From NCBI GenBank assembly GCA_910585715.1, contig CAJUEX010000013.1:801-64800 (forward strand): DNA of 64,000 nucleotides, read 5' to 3'. Below are positions 63,754 to 64,000 of the stretch, in pieces. Made by a program: the position numbers and the translations under genes. The stretch comes from an uncultured Lachnospiraceae bacterium (lineage in GTDB: Bacteria; Bacillota; Clostridia; Lachnospirales; Lachnospiraceae). The notes beneath the pieces are model-generated. The model had not been told where the DNA came from and did not search any database. It was given only the letters and a program-made list of their open reading frames with translations. Within the stretch, counting starts at the first letter, position 1, and the number at the start of each line of letters is the position of its first letter.

Positions 63754-64000
63754 GATTTGCATCTTTAACTGAGGCGAACCGTTGCTATATGGTAACACCT
63801 TTTTCTATAAAATATGTTAGCACTTATCAGTGTTTCCGTCAACAACTTTTTCAAAATAACGCCATTGGCATTTCTAATGCAATGGGGGAACTTTGTTCCC
63901 CTTTAACTACTCCATAAACTGAGACGCATATGTTGTATTTTAACAGATGCACATTTTCGGTAAAATACAGCGTTTTACAGAAATGTTTACATCTACAGTT

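Overview
This window looks like a chromosomal segment of a Gram-positive anaerobe, probably Clostridia and Lachnospiraceae-like. That assignment is an inference from gene content and order. Almost every gene is on the minus strand.

Conserved housekeeping blocks:
- thrC and ilvA
- plsX-acpP-rnc-smc-ftsY
- ylxM-ffh-rpsP-KH, then rimM-trmD
- a complete rnfCDGEAB cluster
- cmk-ispH-rpsA

Accessory material between these blocks:
1. A partial AgrC-like kinase with a LytTR regulator at the left edge.
2. An ECF sigma / anti-sigma / ABC exporter operon. A 14-bp tandem array lies upstream of it and an AT-rich pair of secreted and membrane protein genes lies downstream.
3. A YafQ-DinJ toxin-antitoxin pair.
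4. An array of four large secreted paralogs, plus a fifth 16 kb away, that share a DUF6273-like core and two C-terminal Big_2 domains. An XRE-AbrB regulator and a duplicated promoter module sit inside the array.
5. A frameshifted HipA-like kinase.
6. An ABC-2 permease fused to a CPBP protease domain.
7. A right-end islet of uncharacterised genes. It includes a DUF2325-like 561-aa protein, a decayed gene carrying a TGG->TGA change, and a type I toxin-like 40-codon ORF.

The most unusual non-coding signal is a family of long palindromic intergenic elements. There are two clear copies and one tentative copy. The core is conserved, but the long arms differ between copies while staying perfectly self-complementary within each copy (61/61 bp and 32/32 bp).

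I could not support any rRNA, tRNA, CRISPR array, transposase or integrase.
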